Part shown: positions 46,165 to 61,303 of the stretch, in pieces
Layout of the letters: every line of letters begins with the position of its first letter
Position numbering within the stretch: position 1 is the first letter of the stretch
Source: the human T2T-CHM13v2.0 reference genome, Homo sapiens
NCBI RefSeq assembly: GCF_009914755.1
Contig: NC_060935.1
Reading direction: 5' to 3' (one strand)
Length of the DNA stretch: 64,000 nucleotides
Notes under the pieces: model-generated
Told to the model about the DNA's origin: nothing
Database searches by the model: none
The model's input: the letters and a program-made list of their open reading frames with translations, nothing else
Made by a program: the position numbers and the translations under genes

Positions 46165-48959
46165 CTTGGCTTACATGAGCAGTAAATCATGGCTTTTGGA
46201 GGAGATGTGAGTTGCAAGGAAAAGTGCTTTTTGTTTTCTAGAGCATGCTTCCCTAGATTATAGTTGTCCCTCATGTGGCCTAGTCTTTTATCTCAGCTCT
46301 TTAATTTTATGCTTAAACTGAGTGTGCTTTTGTTACCTACATCATTGGAACCCTTGAGATCTTTTTTTCTGGCCTGGTGGTGTGAAGGGGCCTGGTTTGA
46401 ATAAGAGTCCAGGAAGTGGTTCTCAGAATGATTTTTGTATTGCCAGAAATGCTGATGTATTGGCTCCAAATTAACATTTCCAAAAATGTCACCCTACACA
46501 AACTGAAAACAAAGATACAAGTGTCGTCACCACAGCTGTGCACTCTCCTCCTGAAACCAGTTTCTTCCTCTTCTATGAAAAGTGAGAAATTTTAAGCATC
46601 TATTTTAAGATGAAAGGGAGTCAGTTTTCTGTACTATACTGTAACCCGGCTGGTTGCTCACTTAGTGGATTTGAGTTAGGACTGTTTGTACAGATTTGTC
46701 CCTTGTACCATGGATAACAGTTTGTTGAACAAATAGAATGTCTGTGAGGGTCTGTGGTGGCCACTATTATAAGAAGAAGAATTTACTTATTAAATATTTA
46801 TTGAGTATTCATTAGGTATTCCATTTTAAGGTAGATGGGGGTGTATACATAAAATCTCTGCTGTAAGTAGAACATGAACCCTAGTAGAGACCCATATATA
46901 TAACTATATGAGCATTCAAAAAGGAGAGAGTTGAAAGAAGGGAATTATGAATGGCATTTATTTGAGCTGGATGCTAAAAGTAGATATAATTTGAATGTGT
47001 GGAAATTGGAAGAAATGAGCATTTATGTCAGAGGGAATGACCTAGAGAGAGAAAAGAAAAAAGGATCATGGATAGGGAGCTGAAAAAGAGGTAGTGAGAG
47101 AGACCTTTAGAAAGGTATGTTGCAGGTAAGTTGTGGACATAAAGTGCCAGATTAAAGAGTAACATCCACCAAGCAAAAGATGAGAAATTCACCTGGGTAT
47201 CTACTCCAACAGTGAGTGGAGAGGACTAGCCTCTCTATCCTGAACCTTGGGCCTCTCTTTTCCTTTGGGTCAGCTATTTCATGTTTTGTAATGTGAGTTT
47301 CTTAACACACCTTTTGTGGTGGAATCCTACTCATTTTCCAGTTGTGTTTATCTTGGTAGGACCACATTTTCTCCTTAGGTAATAAGAATTATTTGAATAG
47401 TTTGATTTATTCCCTTCCCCCCATTTATAGATGGTAATATTTTAATGTACAAGCATCTCAGTACTTCTTACATGGTCTAAAAGTGATGTGAACTCTTAAA
47501 GCAGAACCTGACTTACTCTCCCTTTTCAGCTCAATTTTACCAGCTCACTTCCTAAAATTCCACACATGGAAAAAGATTATGATAGATTCTTGGAAGTATA
47601 ACTGAGAAGAAACTTAAGAGTGCCAATGGATCAAAATTACATTTCCTAGATAGATAAACCTGGATTTGACAACCTCAGAATAGCAGGAAAAATCCCTTAA
47701 GCTAGAAGATTTTCCTTCTCTTCAATTAGGTTCAAAAACTGCAATTACTTCTGCACTAATCTAATACTTCCCTCTCTCCTTCTTTCCCTTCCACCACCCA
47801 TCCGTCTGTGCATCTATTCATTGATTATTTTTAAGTAACCTTTTCTAGGTATTTATGCAAGTAATGAAGCAAAGCATTATGTGTTATAAACACATAATGA
47901 ACTTGTTAAAAAAAATCAGTTCCAGAATCTCTGGAAGGAGAAAAATAGGAATCTGCGGTCTGAACATGCTTATAAACACCTAGTTCAGGTGATCCAGAGG
48001 TTGCAGTTTCAGAGACACTGAAATAAAAGGAAGGAGTAGTACTTCTTTGGCCAATGAAATTTATGATTGTAGTTACTTAGTATTTGTTTCATATGGACTT
48101 ATAAATGGAAAAGACATATCTGGTGGATACAACATTTATAGTAGTAGAAGATTATATGCCCAGGAATGTCCTCTTCCCTTCAATATTTCATTCCATTTGC
48201 ATTTCTATGGAGGCATGCCATAAGATAAAAGGTAAAGTTACTCCCTTCTCAGCTATTCCCCCTCCCAGTTGTTCCCCAAAACTCCAACATATCAGGAACA
48301 AAGGTCGGCTATTAAGAGTTATGTTCAGAGTTTATGGTACAGAGGTTGTTAATCCTTTCAATTTATTCGACTTCAAATTTTCTTATTTAATTATTTGAAG
48401 CTACCAGCATTTAAAAATCTTCTCCTCCATGTCAAGAATGAGTTGTTTGATATTTCAGGTGTCTTTTGTGGCTAAGAAATAATATGATTCTGTGAAAAGA
48501 TTCCATGTGAGTGGGTTCTTTAGACATTATATATTGACTCATCTGAATCAACAAAAAGCCTAAAAAAGACATTTTTCTCTTGGTCACATCTCAGACCCAC
48601 TGGATCAGAATCTATTGTTAAGAGTCAATTATAGAGCTCTTGGTGGGACTCTACTGTAGCCAGCCTGGCCCCTACCCATACTACAGTTCCATTTACTCCA
48701 AAGGAGATGTGACTTGCCCTGTTTGTTTATACATGGATTTCTCACCGCAAGATGGAAAGCTTTTTTGAGAGCAGAGTACATACTGAAATGGCTTGTTTCA
48801 CTTACATCTTCCTATTTTTACTAAATTAAGGTTTTACACATAGTTGGGACTCACTGTCTTTATTAAATAATTACATGGGACTTTGATGGGAATGGTGAAA
48901 GTCAGGGTTTTCTGGGTGCTCTGAGTTAAATATTTTTTGTTGTTATTGCTCTCCTTTAG

Positions 48960-49061
48960 GATGGAAAGAAGAAGTTTGACAAAGAGAGTGAAAAATATTA
49001 CTCTATCCTTGAAAAGCATTTAAATTTGTCCGCAAAGAAAAAGGAGTCTCATTTACAAGAG
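48960..49061 (+). CDS. ARHGAP42: Internal coding exon of Rho GTPase-activating protein 42 (GRAF3), BAR domain; probably exon 5
   Basis: Polypyrimidine tract and acceptor ctcctttAG (48958-59). The 102-nt open frame reads [34 protein letters not shown] and ends at donor GAG|gtaagc. The peptide matches my recollection of the ARHGAP42 BAR domain (GRAF/oligophrenin family). Exon number is from memory. Confidence 0.95.
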
Positions 49062-49440
49062 GTAAGCTTTTCCAACTGAAATAATGGAAAAGGCATTAAG
49101 TCATATAAAGTCAAAATTTCCAAAGGTAAAACTATCTCAAAATCTGCTACTATTTAATAAAATAATTATGATAGCAATGGCTAAATTAATTGAGCACTTA
49201 CTATGGGCGATACTTTAAACACATTATAACTGTTCCAAGTGAAGGATCAATATTTCTTTCAACAATGAGAAAGGTTGAAACAAGATCTTTCACTTTTATT
49301 CTTTTTGAGCATTTTTAAAGGGACAGGACCTATTAAATTCATGTTATGGCCTTCAGCTTAAAGTTAAAATATCTCTGACATTGATTTTAAGGCCTTGCTT
49401 CAGCGTTGTGGGAAAGATAGATACACAGCTACACATTTTA

Positions 49441-49742
49441 TTTTATTTTATTTTATTTTTGAGATGGAGTTTGGCTGTGTCGCCCAGGCTGGAGTGCAGT
49501 GGTGCACTCTCAGCTCACTGCAACCTCTGCCTCCTGGGTTCAAGCAATTCTTGTGCTGCAGCCTTCTGAGTAGCTGAGATTACAGGCATGTGCCACCAAG
49601 CCCAGCTAATTTTTGTATTTTTAATGGAGACGGGGTTTCACCATGTTAGTCAGGCTGGTCTTGAACTCTTCACCTTAAGCGATCTGCCTGCCTTAGCCTC
49701 TCAAAGTGCTGGGATCACAGGCATGAACCACTGTGCCCCACC
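49441..49742 (-). mobile_element. AluS/J, ~380 bp downstream of the first exon
   Basis: Reverse Alu; TSD gctaca(ca/tg)tttta at 49428-40 / 49743-55. Confidence 0.94.
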
Positions 49743-51739
49743 GCTACATGTTTTAAAATCTCAATTATTTTATATGAAATTCTTTAAGAACAAATGAATA
49801 AATATTTTGCTCACATCTACACATCTAAGCAGTTTGTTTCTTCCATCTGTCTGAAATATATTTTATTCTTCCCATTGGTAGTGTTTTAACTATAATTCAT
49901 AAAATCAAAGCCACTTCTTTTACTAAGGAATAATGTAGTTCCAATTTCAGTGACAAAGTGTGTCCAAAAAAAATAAATAAATAAACAAACAGACTCCCTT
50001 GCCATTGTCACCTTGAGAACAACAACAACAACAACAACAACAAATGTGAAGCAGCGCTCATCTCTCCTCCGCCTCCTGGTGTACTCTGAAGTGAACACCA
50101 TTAGTAGGGAGTTGCTGGGTAGCTCACCCGCAGCTCAACACTGCTGTCTAAAAAGTGATCGGGAACCGTGAGGTCTCCTTTAGTCTCCTCCTCCTCTCTC
50201 TTCACTTATAGTTGTTGTAGTCCAGAGCCTCTCTCCTGATCCTTCTGCTAGGAAAACCTCCTCCCTTCCTGAACTGCTTTTCAAATTCATCCTGGTCCTC
50301 AGCTCTCTTTATTCCTTTTCTTATTTCTCCTACCTCTGAGTTCAACCAGAAGGCATGCTTGACAACTCAGAGTGTTACAAAGTTCCTACAGCCTCAAAAA
50401 GAAATAGGAGTGTAATTTTGGCATCTGATGCCTTTTTTTTCCAACAGGCATATGTTCTCATCGACAGTATCAAATTTCTTTATTTAAAGATGTTTAACAT
50501 TGGGAAGTTTTGTTGTGCTTAATATTTATATATGGCTTCATCAGTGTGCTTTTTGTTATTAACACATGCTATTAAAAATAGTATAATTTAATATATAATT
50601 ATGTGCTTATGGAAAGATTTTGATGCTAAACTGATGGAAGACAATCTGCCATTAAGAAAAACTAGATTTCTATTTGAAATTTCTTGGACATATTTAACCT
50701 TACTGTATTTGGTACTGCTTGTTGTAATTTAATACTATGTTTACATGTACCAAAATGTCTTAAGTGATATTAAGACCAAATGTCTTAATACATTGCACTA
50801 GAATAAACCTAAGAGTGAATGGAGTTATGGTATGGATGTGGATGTAGTTATGTAGAGAGACACTCATCTAATTATCACCAGTACATCATCATCTACCATG
50901 CCCAGGGCTATGGCCAGGTGCCTTTTTACAAATTGACTACAGGAAAATTATGGGTGGTCTTAGAGGCCCTAAAGAACTTCCGGCTCCAATAAATATCGGA
51001 AGTCATCCTTTGAAAGGATACTGCTTAAACCACCTTAAGGAAATGATAACATTATCCTAATTTTAAAGAGCTCTAGAGAATATACCTCAATTTTTCCTGA
51101 CAACTTAGCTCAATATTCATTACTTGCCTCGCTAGTAGCTTAGGCTATGGTATAATAGAATATTCATTCTGGTTCCATGTTTAAGTGGAGGCTGGAGAAG
51201 ATAATAGCATAGTAACATCCTCTCCCCCACCTCACTCCACAAGTACACACACACTTCTTTTCCAGGAGATACATCTTAGAACACAACACAACTAACAAAT
51301 TTTGTTAAAGTAGCTTCCCAGGGTATATAATGTAGACAAGGCAAAATGTAGCTTGGGTTCCCCCCTCCCTTCGCCCCTCTAGGAGTCAGACCTGTTGTAG
51401 GGAGATGCTGTCATAAACATATTTAATTCTGTGACATGACATTAAAAGTCATCTGCTCCTTTCTAGAACAGCTCTGGTCCTTCTGTCAGCACCAAGCTTA
51501 TTAACTTGTTCTCAAAAAGGCTCCTCTGTGCCTTCCTACCTGCACAGCTGACTCCTTATTCATTTTGTTCATGAAAAATAAGTGGCTGCCCATTTCCAGG
51601 ACTGAATTGAAGGGTCATCTTTTATTAACAAAATCCCAAGGCCGTCAACTAGGCCATTGGAGTAAACAGTTGGAGAATCAGAAGCAAACTTGTCAAGATT
51701 ATAGGCTTTATAGTGGATAGAAAGGAGTAATATTTGTTA

Positions 51740-52516
51740 TGTGAATAAATAATTCTTTTCTAAGCATAAAGGAAATGTAGAAAGACCTGAATGCATAAAA
51801 ATAAGTAATCTGTTTTGAAAGACATTAAACCAAATTAAATGTCAAACCATTAGGGAATTTAAACAACATATGACATGGGGCTATCATCTCTTATATACAA
51901 GAAGCATTGGAAAATCAGTGTCAGAAAGGTAAACACTTCAATGGAAAAAATGGGCTAAGAAGGCAAACAGGCATTGACTAAGGAGGAAATATAAACTATA
52001 ATAAAAGTGGTTAGTTTCAGTGTCACATGTATTTGAAAACGCAAATAACAACATGTCATTTTCAATTTGATCAAGATAATATCTATTGTTAGTGAAGGTA
52101 TAGGAAATTGGGCACACTTTTGTTCTCCTGGTGGGAGCATAAGATTTAATCATTCTTAAGGTAAATTTGACATTGTATTTCAACAAACCTGAAACATGCT
52201 AGGTAGTTGAGACGATTTCTCTTGGTAAGAATTTACCCCAAAGAAATTATCAGAGATGAGCACAAAAATTGTGTAAATATAGTTTAAATATTGATCCAAG
52301 ATTCATAAGTGCAGAAATTTAGAAACATCTGAAATGTCACAAAGAATAATTGGGGTAAATACACAAATGTAGTTTGATCAAAAATGGAGTGTGATATGTT
52401 AAAAGTTTTATTTGGAGAATTATTTAAAGACATTGAGAAATATTCATACAAATAAGCAGGAAAAAAGCAGATTGTAAACCAGAATATACAGTATTATACA
52501 GGTTTGTTTTAAAATA

Positions 52517-52552
<36 letters not shown>

Positions 52553-52670
52553 ACATCAAAATATTAAACAGTGGGATTGCAATTCTTACTATCTTCACAT
52601 TTCTCTGTCATAGTAACAAATAATAAATAAGCTTACAATAATGAATATTTTTACATTTATAATTAAGAAA
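51740..52670 (+). mobile_element. Ancient L1M 3' fragment containing a (GT)n tract near 52521-52549
   Basis: Decayed L1 3' motifs (gtgaaggtataggaaattgggcacact…ggtgggagcataa; aatttaccccaaagaaatt). Confidence 0.6.
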
Positions 52671-53051
52671 AAAGTAAAGGGGAAAATAGATTCCCTTTAG
52701 ACACCCAGGTGTTGGTTTTCCACCTATCACTAACTATTCTTTCAGTAGGTTCCTCTTGAGGCACTTCCTAAATGAAGTAAAGTCCTTAGGCATAGTTCTT
52801 AATATCTCTATTCTTATCCTTCAGTTTCTGTCCCTGAAACCTCTTCTACTTTCACATTGTTTATAACATCTGGATGAACATCTCTCAAGGGATGATTTTG
52901 TTGTGCCGGACTGTCTTTGCAATGTCCTCTGTCTGGTTGCTAAGACTTTAGATTGACCAATTCCTAGTGATATGTGAAATCTTGCACCTCACCCTCTTTT
53001 CCCAAATTTGCTCCTACCTCTCATTTTTAAATTATCTGTTAATGCTAGTAT

Positions 53052-53365
<314 letters not shown>

Positions 53366-54426
53366 TAGTAGTAGTATTTTTTTGTATCAAATTTATCTTT
53401 GGCTTTTTCCTTGCTTCTCACACCCACATCATTCAGCTTCTCTTTCTTGCTGGGGTGCACCAGACACCTTCACCATTATCAGATAAGAGATCTTTTTATA
53501 TTCACATGTACTTAGGCTACCACTTAATTACTATATGCTGCACTGTCTTCATGTTAATCTTGAATGTTGCTTGTTTCTTGTCAGCCTCCTTCTTAAGTTT
53601 TTGCACTGCCTATATGATGAAATCTACACTCATTTTATTTTTTCTGCCTTAACTCTCATTTCTGTCTCCTCCAAACAAAACCTTTAGTCACAAACCTTTT
53701 GTCCTACCTAAGCATAGCTTCTCTTTTCCTGACTCTATCACATCACTCAAACTCTTCTCATTTTATCTGTTCCTCATTCTTCAAAATCAAGCTTAAATCT
53801 TTTCTCCTTGGGAAAATATCCAACAAATATCACCTGATGCCTTTCCCTGTCTTTTGAATTGAGATAGCATTACAATAAGCTATCTGCAGAACCATATGGT
53901 TTTCTTATGAAATTAATCTGGTTTCTTTAGGTCCCTTTTTGCCAGGTAAACAAGTTTACACCTGTTGTTCTGGCCTAATTATTACTAGTGCTCTCTTTCA
54001 GTTTTAAAATTATCTCATTTCGATTGATGAATCCTAGTGTTACTCTACTTATCCAGTACAAAATATATAGTACCAGTTGCTAGTGGATTTATAAGCAAGT
54101 GTTTGCTAGTGAGTCATATGGTGAGCTTAAATACTAAAGAGATCTATTTTAACTAAAAGAATGTCTTTCTATATCTTGTACTGTAAAGAAATTAAACTGT
54201 CATATTCCTTAATACTGTATGCTCTGGATGACGTTTCACAGCAGCTTTGGTGTATCAAATTTCAGTAGTCCGCATTGGAGGCTATGAAAACACCTATAAG
54301 TGGCAAGCAGCAAGAGTCATTTCTCTTTCATCCTTTCTTTGCTTCTCATTCCCCTTTTTGGAGGGGGGCAAGTGGGATGAGACTGTGCATGGCAAATACA
54401 TTTCTGAAGAAATGACTTAATACTTT

Positions 54427-54959
54427 TGTGTTGGGGTACCCAAGACCACCCCCAGCTTTGGTAATTTGCTTGGAGAACTCACAGGACTCAGCATATAGTC
54501 ATACTCGTGGCTATGATTTATTACAGTAAAAGGAAATAAAAAAGGGTACAGGGGACAAATTCTGGGGGAAACCAGGTGCAACCTTCTAAGAGTGCTCTCC
54601 CAGTGGAGACACTCAGAGCATGCTCAATTCCCCCTGCAAGGAGCTGTGGCATGTGAAATGTTGTCCACCAAGGAAGTTCATTAGAGACTTGTTGTCTAGA
54701 GACTTATTGGAGGCTGGTCACATAGCACTCGCTTCCTGGCACGTACCCAAATTCCAAACTCCCAGAGGGAAAGGAGATATTTGCATAAACCGTATTGTTT
54801 GTACAAACAGTTTAGGTGCAGTAAGCCACCTCTTAGCAGTTAGAGTGATGTGAACCCTCCCTAAACTAACATTCCCAGACACCAGCCAAGGGCCAACCTT
54901 GTAAGCAAACCTTTCAAAACACAGCAGTCAGGCCTGCTGTGCTAAATCTTTTCTGCATA
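54427..54959 (-). mobile_element. MER21-family (MER21C/MER77-like) LTR
   Basis: tgtgttggggtacccaagaccacc…ggactcagcatatagtcatactc…ggccaaccttgtaagc…cttttctgcata. Confidence 0.8.
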
Positions 54960-55056
54960 GTTCCATTGACTAGAAAAAAAAACATTTTAGACTCTAAAGG
55001 GCTCAACATTCTAGTTTGTTCCCATGTGCTAGGCAACACAATCAGTGATGTTATGT

Positions 55057-55209
<153 letters not shown>

Positions 55210-55290
55210 TAAAGTAAATAAAATTTTCAAAATAACTTGTGGAATAGAATAGTGTCCCTAAAACTGAAAATATTCTTGCAGCCCTTTCAC

Positions 55291-55480
55291 CCAGTAGTGT
55301 GCTAAGACTCACTCCAGAGAGCCCTTTTCCTGCGTCTCTTTCCAGCTTCCACATTCTGTGATGTTGAGTTTGTGTTTTGAAACTGCCCATTTTGGTGATA
55401 TTTGTACCACAGAAACCACAAATACTGCAAATCAGGCTTTTCTCCCAAGACAGCCAGTTGTTAAACATTTATTAACACCT
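55291..55480. mobile_element. MER63-like hAT element
   Basis: ccagtagtgtgct…caaatcaggcttt…agccagttgttaaacattta. Confidence 0.6.
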
Positions 55481-55783
55481 ATCCCTCATTACTAAATTAA
55501 TTAATTCTTATGTATATAGTGTGTTCCAATAAGCGATGGTAAGAAGAAAAGAAACATGATTTGTGTGGAATACTGATGTTCTTTTTTGCACCTCTATCTT
55601 TCATAAATGATGTCTGGGAGCTGAAAAGTTTTGGGATCAAATCTCCTACCTGATTTATACTTTCTTCACATTTATTAGCTTAAAAATTTAGAATACTCAA
55701 CTTTAAACGTCTCTAGTGAGTTGCTGGTAATATTGGATTATTTGTAATTACCTAATTAAATGCGTAATAAGTATAGATAATTA

Positions 55784-55914
55784 CAGCTGATTCTTGAACA
55801 ACATGGGGGTTAGGTGCACCTACTCCCTGCATAGTTGAAAGTACATGTATAATTTTTTACTCTTCCAAAACTTAATTACTAATAGAGTCTGTTAACTGGA
55901 AGTCTTACCAATAA
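55784..55914. mobile_element. Tigger2/MER28/MER8-type terminal fragment
   Basis: cagctgattcttgaacaacatgggggttagg…aaaacttaattactaatag…ggaagtcttaccaataa. Confidence 0.75.
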
Positions 55915-56695
55915 AATCTTTTTTTTTCAAAAATTTTGTTTGTGAAACCACCATTATAAATGGCTTCAAGTTTTCTATCCCCAAATTGGTGTCAACGGAT
56001 ACTTAGTACTCCAGAAAGCCCCTTCTTTCCATCTGCTTTTGTAATACCCAACTGGCGACAAGGAAGGTAGAGGTGGGCAAGAAAAGTAAGTCATGTCTCT
56101 CTGCTAAGCTAAAGTCACTTTTTAAAGAGTGCATCTGAGGGCAATAGGCAGAGAAGAGGGAAGAGAGAGGCATTGTCTAAAAGAAAATTAAATCACCTCA
56201 GTAATACTCTCTCATACTTTGTCAATAGAACCTTACTGCAATCAGATATAATAAAAGTGCATGGCATTGACAAAGCATGATTCATCAGTTTAGAGCCATT
56301 GAATTTTTATTTGTCTGTTTATTTGTTTGACTCTGCTACCAGTATTACCTAAGATCTTACCTAATGAGGTGGCTCTCCTGCTTAATATTCTTAGATGCTT
56401 CTCCCACCATTAAAATCCTAATTTGTTATGCAGCATCCAAGATACTTTATAGTATGATGCTATCCTCACTTCTCCCTCTTCTTCTCCGTGTGTTCATACT
56501 GCAGTCAAATCTGTCTCCTTCGTGCCTCTACTTTTTCAGGAAAACGGCCCCTGCTTTTTTTATATTTTTGGCAATGCAGTCAGTTGTTTGTCTTAAGATT
56601 CAACTCAAATACCACCATTTTGTCCCATAATTTTGAATTTTATCCATCTTTCTATGATCCAGTGATTTTTCATTTACATTTATATACCCCTCTTG

Positions 56696-56697
<2 letters not shown>

Positions 56698-56746
<49 letters not shown>

Positions 56747-56750
56747 TTTT
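56698..56750. repeat. (AT)~16 followed by T~22 tract
   Basis: Read directly; ~220 bp upstream of the second exon. Confidence 0.95.
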
Positions 56751-56970
56751 ACTGCAATGGGTATTGTGTACTTACTCCGTGTGTGTATGTGTCTGTGTGT
56801 GTGAGTGTAGCTCCTGCCCCATACACTATAAGCTCCTGTAGGCAAGGACTATAATAAGTGCTGTGTTAAACTTTTTGTAGGAGTTACTTTTTAATAAAGA
56901 TACCAGAGCAGGAATTGAGTCCCTCTCTATGTAGAACCATCAGTAATCACCCTCTGGTTTTTCTCTTTAG

Positions 56971-57081
56971 GCAGATACACAAATTGACCGAGAACATCAG
57001 AACTTCTATGAAGCATCATTAGAATATGTCTTTAAAATTCAAGAGGTCCAAGAAAAAAAGAAGTTTGAATTTGTTGAACCG
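56971..57081 (+). CDS. ARHGAP42: Next internal coding exon of ARHGAP42, BAR domain; probably exon 6
   Basis: Acceptor ttttctctttAG; 111 nt reading [37 protein letters not shown]; donor CCG|gtaagt. Splices in frame to the previous exon (…HLQE|ADTQ…). The [11 protein letters not shown] motif is typical of GRAF-family BAR domains. Confidence 0.95.
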
Positions 57082-57189
57082 GTAAGTTTCAGATTTTTGT
57101 ATAAATGGTGGGCTCAAAACAATCTATGGAAAAAAAGTACACTGTTTTTTCTATAATATATAATTTTTCTTGAAAATTATGATTGATAA

Positions 57190-57585
57190 AAATAAAAGGG
57201 GAGTGGGAAGGGATGAAAAAGTGGAGCACAGGGAACTTGTAGGACAGTGAAATTCTTTTGTACAATAGAGTAGTGATGGGTGAGAATACCGTTATATGTT
57301 TGTCAAAACCCATAGAATGTGTAGCACAAAAACTGAGCCCTAATGTATACTATGGATTCAGTTAATATTAATGTATTAGCATTGTTTCATCGACTATAAC
57401 AAATGTACCACAGAAATGCAAGATGCTAATAAGAGAGGAAGCTGTTGGCGGGAGGGGGGTGCAGAGGTGGTGGGGGACAGGTGAGCTGAGAGGGCATAAG
57501 GGAACTTCATTCTTTCCACTCATTTTTTGGCAAACCTAAAACTGCTCCAAAAATAAAGTGTATTAATTAAAGAAATTTTTTAAAA
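57190..57585 (+). mobile_element. L1MC-type 3' end
   Basis: ttgtcaaaacccatagaatgt…ccctaatgtatactatgga…taacaaatgtaccac…aaactgctccaaaaataaag. Confidence 0.8.
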
Positions 57586-59815
57586 AGAGGATGTGCATTA
57601 TCTATAGATGAATGAATACACTTCACCAGTACAGTGACCCATTTAGCAAATGTTTAGACGGAGAGGGAAAACCAACGGCTCTGTTTTCCCCTTTGTTCTG
57701 TGCTCCCCTTCCTCACAGGGCTTGGATCTGCTTGACTTTCCTATGAAGTCATTTATTTTCCTAAGTCAGTGTAAAATGTAATGGATTTCCTAATGTAAAC
57801 CGCGTTACAGAAAAGAACAGGTGGCTGGTCTTTATAAGCTTATTTCATTTTTTAGCATTTTTTTCAAGTGATACCCTAATGTGTTCCAATATTGCCTAAA
57901 TAGGCATCTTGACAAAGTGACATGTATGATGAATAAAGGTTTGCTCTAGAGTCAGGTGATCTGTTGTCTGCATTCTTCAATTCCCATGAGATCAGAGGAT
58001 AGGGTTAATAAATGTGTAAGTAATCAAATATCTAATCTAAGCCATTCTTTTCTTCCTATGTAAGTCCTTTAAAAAATCCATTCATAATAAAAAATAAAAT
58101 ACTCTGTTTCTATATTAGTGGATATGATAAGGAGAGGGAAAGGAAGGCAACATTATAAAATACATTTCACATAAATCATTTTCTAATGGAAATCCACCAG
58201 CTATCCCCTAAAGATAATGGAAAACTGAGACAGAGCAGAGGTTGGGGACTGTTATCAGGCCCAACCTGGCTTCCAGGACCTCTTCCTTTATTTGGAGCCT
58301 ACTGACTCTCTCCTGTAAACTAGGCAGTAGGCACATTTGCAAGACCAGCTTCCAGCTAGAAAGATTAAGGAACTGAAGACCACCACTCAGGCTCAGGGAT
58401 TTAACTTTTACGTTTTATTTAGAATAACAAACTGAAGTTCAAGTTCTGTTTACCAAACAGCTTAATCCTTAAATCCCCTAGCATTATCCTCTTATATAGT
58501 GGACCCTTTAAGGATCTGATTAAACTTTATATGACCTAGAGAATGTTCTGAAGCTCATCTGGGGCTCATGGACAACTAGCCAGCCTAACATTTCCTATTC
58601 TAGGAAGATGACCACTACTTATGGTTCCTGTTCACCTTCCCATTGACTAAGTCCCACCCCAGAATCCCACCATGGTTTTTGAAGCCTCGCTTCTTGCTAG
58701 CAAACTACTTCCCTAGGGCCTGCACCTTGGGATTTTTGAATTTCAGCTCTTCTTGACACCAAACCATCTGAGACTCCATTAATTCTGACAGTTTTTCTGC
58801 ATATTCCTTCCTTGTATCTTCCCATTTCCTTCAGACACTGTGCTGATCTGCTGTGCTGTTGTTTCTTCTCACACCTGGAATAATCCTTTCACATCTGTAT
58901 CCCTTTATTCCTCTTGGAAGATGATATGGGAGTCACTTGTTTCCCTAAGTCTCTTTTATAGCCCATCCTATCTGGGAATAGTGAACTAGAACATTCTGTA
59001 AGATGACATCAGATGTATACAGAGGAGATTGTAAAAAAATGTTCGTTCACAGGTGGCAGAAGGAATGACAAGAATTTATGAATTCCTGTAAAAATACAGT
59101 AGAGAAGTAGAAGCCACCTTTCAATTGAAATGTGTTTTCTTCCTTTTACCTTATCCGAAGCTATGATGTCCTGTTAAGTCTTCTGTCATGCATGCCTTTC
59201 TTATGACACCACAGTCAAAATTGATGTTATATTTGTTCTTCTTCCAAAATATTTTCCCAGCTGCTGTGTTTTTCCTAGTAGAGCATCTGGCCAAACCAAA
59301 TAGTACTGTCAGTTTGGTCTCATCCTCATTTCTAGCCTCAGAGTCTCATCCATGGAGTTGTACTTAATATCCATTTGAACAATGAGAATAGAAATGGGAT
59401 CAATGAAGCATGAGTATGTATGTCAATCTTTAGGTTATGCATTTACAAATTAATTTGGAGGAGAAAAGTAGTAAACCAAAGCTCCCAGGAGCTATAAACA
59501 TAAAAAGACATGAAAACACTTTAATGTTTTTGCCGGTTTTATTCTTTAGAAATCCAATTCTTGTTTGCATTGCTGTTGCATGTTGCAGAAATCTAGTAGT
59601 CTATTCTAGTTTTAGCCCAGATTATTTTAACAAATAAGCATTAGAGTAAAGCAAATGGCCTGGGGATGGGATCTATCTTCTACAGATTGTAAGATATCCA
59701 AAAGAAAATATGAACAGGGGATAGCGATTCATGAAATAATATTCTTACCTTATGATGGTATTTTTTAGATTATTTTACATTGTTTTAATCAATATCAAGA
59801 TCTTACTGCTTGTCA

Positions 59816-60194
<379 letters not shown>

Positions 60195-60290
60195 CTAAAG
60201 AAAAACTAGGTCTGACACATGAACTAAAAGGGGACATTCATGTATTATTTATAAATAAGCTACGTGTTATTGTTTTAAAAGCATACCTGA

Positions 60291-61303
<1,013 letters not shown>

